DNA of 64,000 nucleotides from an uncultured Dehalococcoidia bacterium (GTDB lineage: Bacteria; Chloroflexota; Dehalococcoidia; Bin125): positions 8,851-72,850 of the forward strand of contig CAYFZI010000002.1 of the NCBI GenBank assembly GCA_964347635.1, given 5' to 3'. Position 1 is the first letter of the stretch. The number at the start of each line of letters is the position of its first letter. The position numbers were made by a program, and so were the translations under genes. Below the pieces are notes generated by a model. It ran no database searches. It was not told where the DNA came from and worked only from the letters and a program-made list of their open reading frames with translations. This document shows, in pieces, positions 63,788 through 64,000 of the stretch.

Positions 63788-64000
63788 GTGGCCCTGCGCG
63801 AGCGGCGCGACGGCTTCGGCGGGCGCGTCTGGCGCGTCGCTGCGCCCGAAGACGCGCCCGCCATCCCAGACCTCGATGCGCCGCCGTTCGTCGGTCGGCT
63901 GCTGCGCCGCCGCGGCCTCGCCAACGCTGCCCAGGCTGAGGCCTTCCTCGATCCCGGCAGGCACCATCCCAACGCGCCCAACGCGGCCCTGCGCGGCCTC
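63788..64000 (+). CDS. Possible RecJ-like single-stranded-DNA exonuclease, N-terminal fragment running out of the window
   Basis: GTG start right after fabF. ...RLLRRRGLANAAQAEAFLDPG... resembles RecJ N-termini (LL..RG....A..FL.P). The fragment is short, so the call is weak. Confidence 0.35.
   Translation, partial: MALRERRDGFGGRVWRVAAPEDAPAIPDLDAPPFVGRLLRRRGLANAAQAEAFLDPGRHHPNAPNAALRGL

Overview
This is a high-GC (~70%) bacterial chromosomal window, densely coding on both strands and mostly housekeeping. Long antisense ORFs typical of high-GC DNA are ignored; calls rest on recognisable motifs, Shine-Dalgarno (SD)/start context and stop-start coupling.

Identifiable genes, in order:
- mutM (3' fragment), yebC-ruvC-ruvA, uvrB, a class III adenylate cyclase, family 4 uracil-DNA glycosylase, RNase J, ftsK
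- tatC, tatA/B, acpP, fabD, rpmF, yceD
- a DUF164 / large-serine-recombinase-like / rnhA operon, RNase P RNA, murE
- a bioA-like aminotransferase and birA
- a 9.2-kb gene for a 3077-aa secreted protein built from tandem Ig-like repeats
- several SDRs, an FGE-like plus MetE-like pair, an SCP2-thiolase plus DUF35 pair, an ABC-2 exporter, Ni superoxide dismutase, tRNA-Arg(TCT)
- tyrA-aroA-gmk, a CoA-transferase, a MaoC dehydratase
- a cobalamin riboswitch with a btuF/btuC-like importer
- prfB with its programmed +1 frameshift, folD, acpS, nnr, fabF and a recJ-like 5' fragment

No rRNA, CRISPR array or transposase is evident.

Most notable departures from ordinary content:
1. A lower-GC two-gene insertion at 52.0-53.8 kb: an AAA_21-type ABC ATPase overlapping a DUF4276/Toprim-like protein. 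It resembles a split OLD/PARIS-like defence module.
2. A large-serine-recombinase homologue wedged tightly between the conserved DUF164 and RNase H genes, with an apparently non-canonical catalytic motif.
3. A NusB-like reading frame between fabD and acpP that has no canonical start and runs in-frame into ACP.
4. A structured leader in the bioA-birA spacer: a 12-nt anti-SD complement, a 21-codon TTG ORF and mutually exclusive hairpins.
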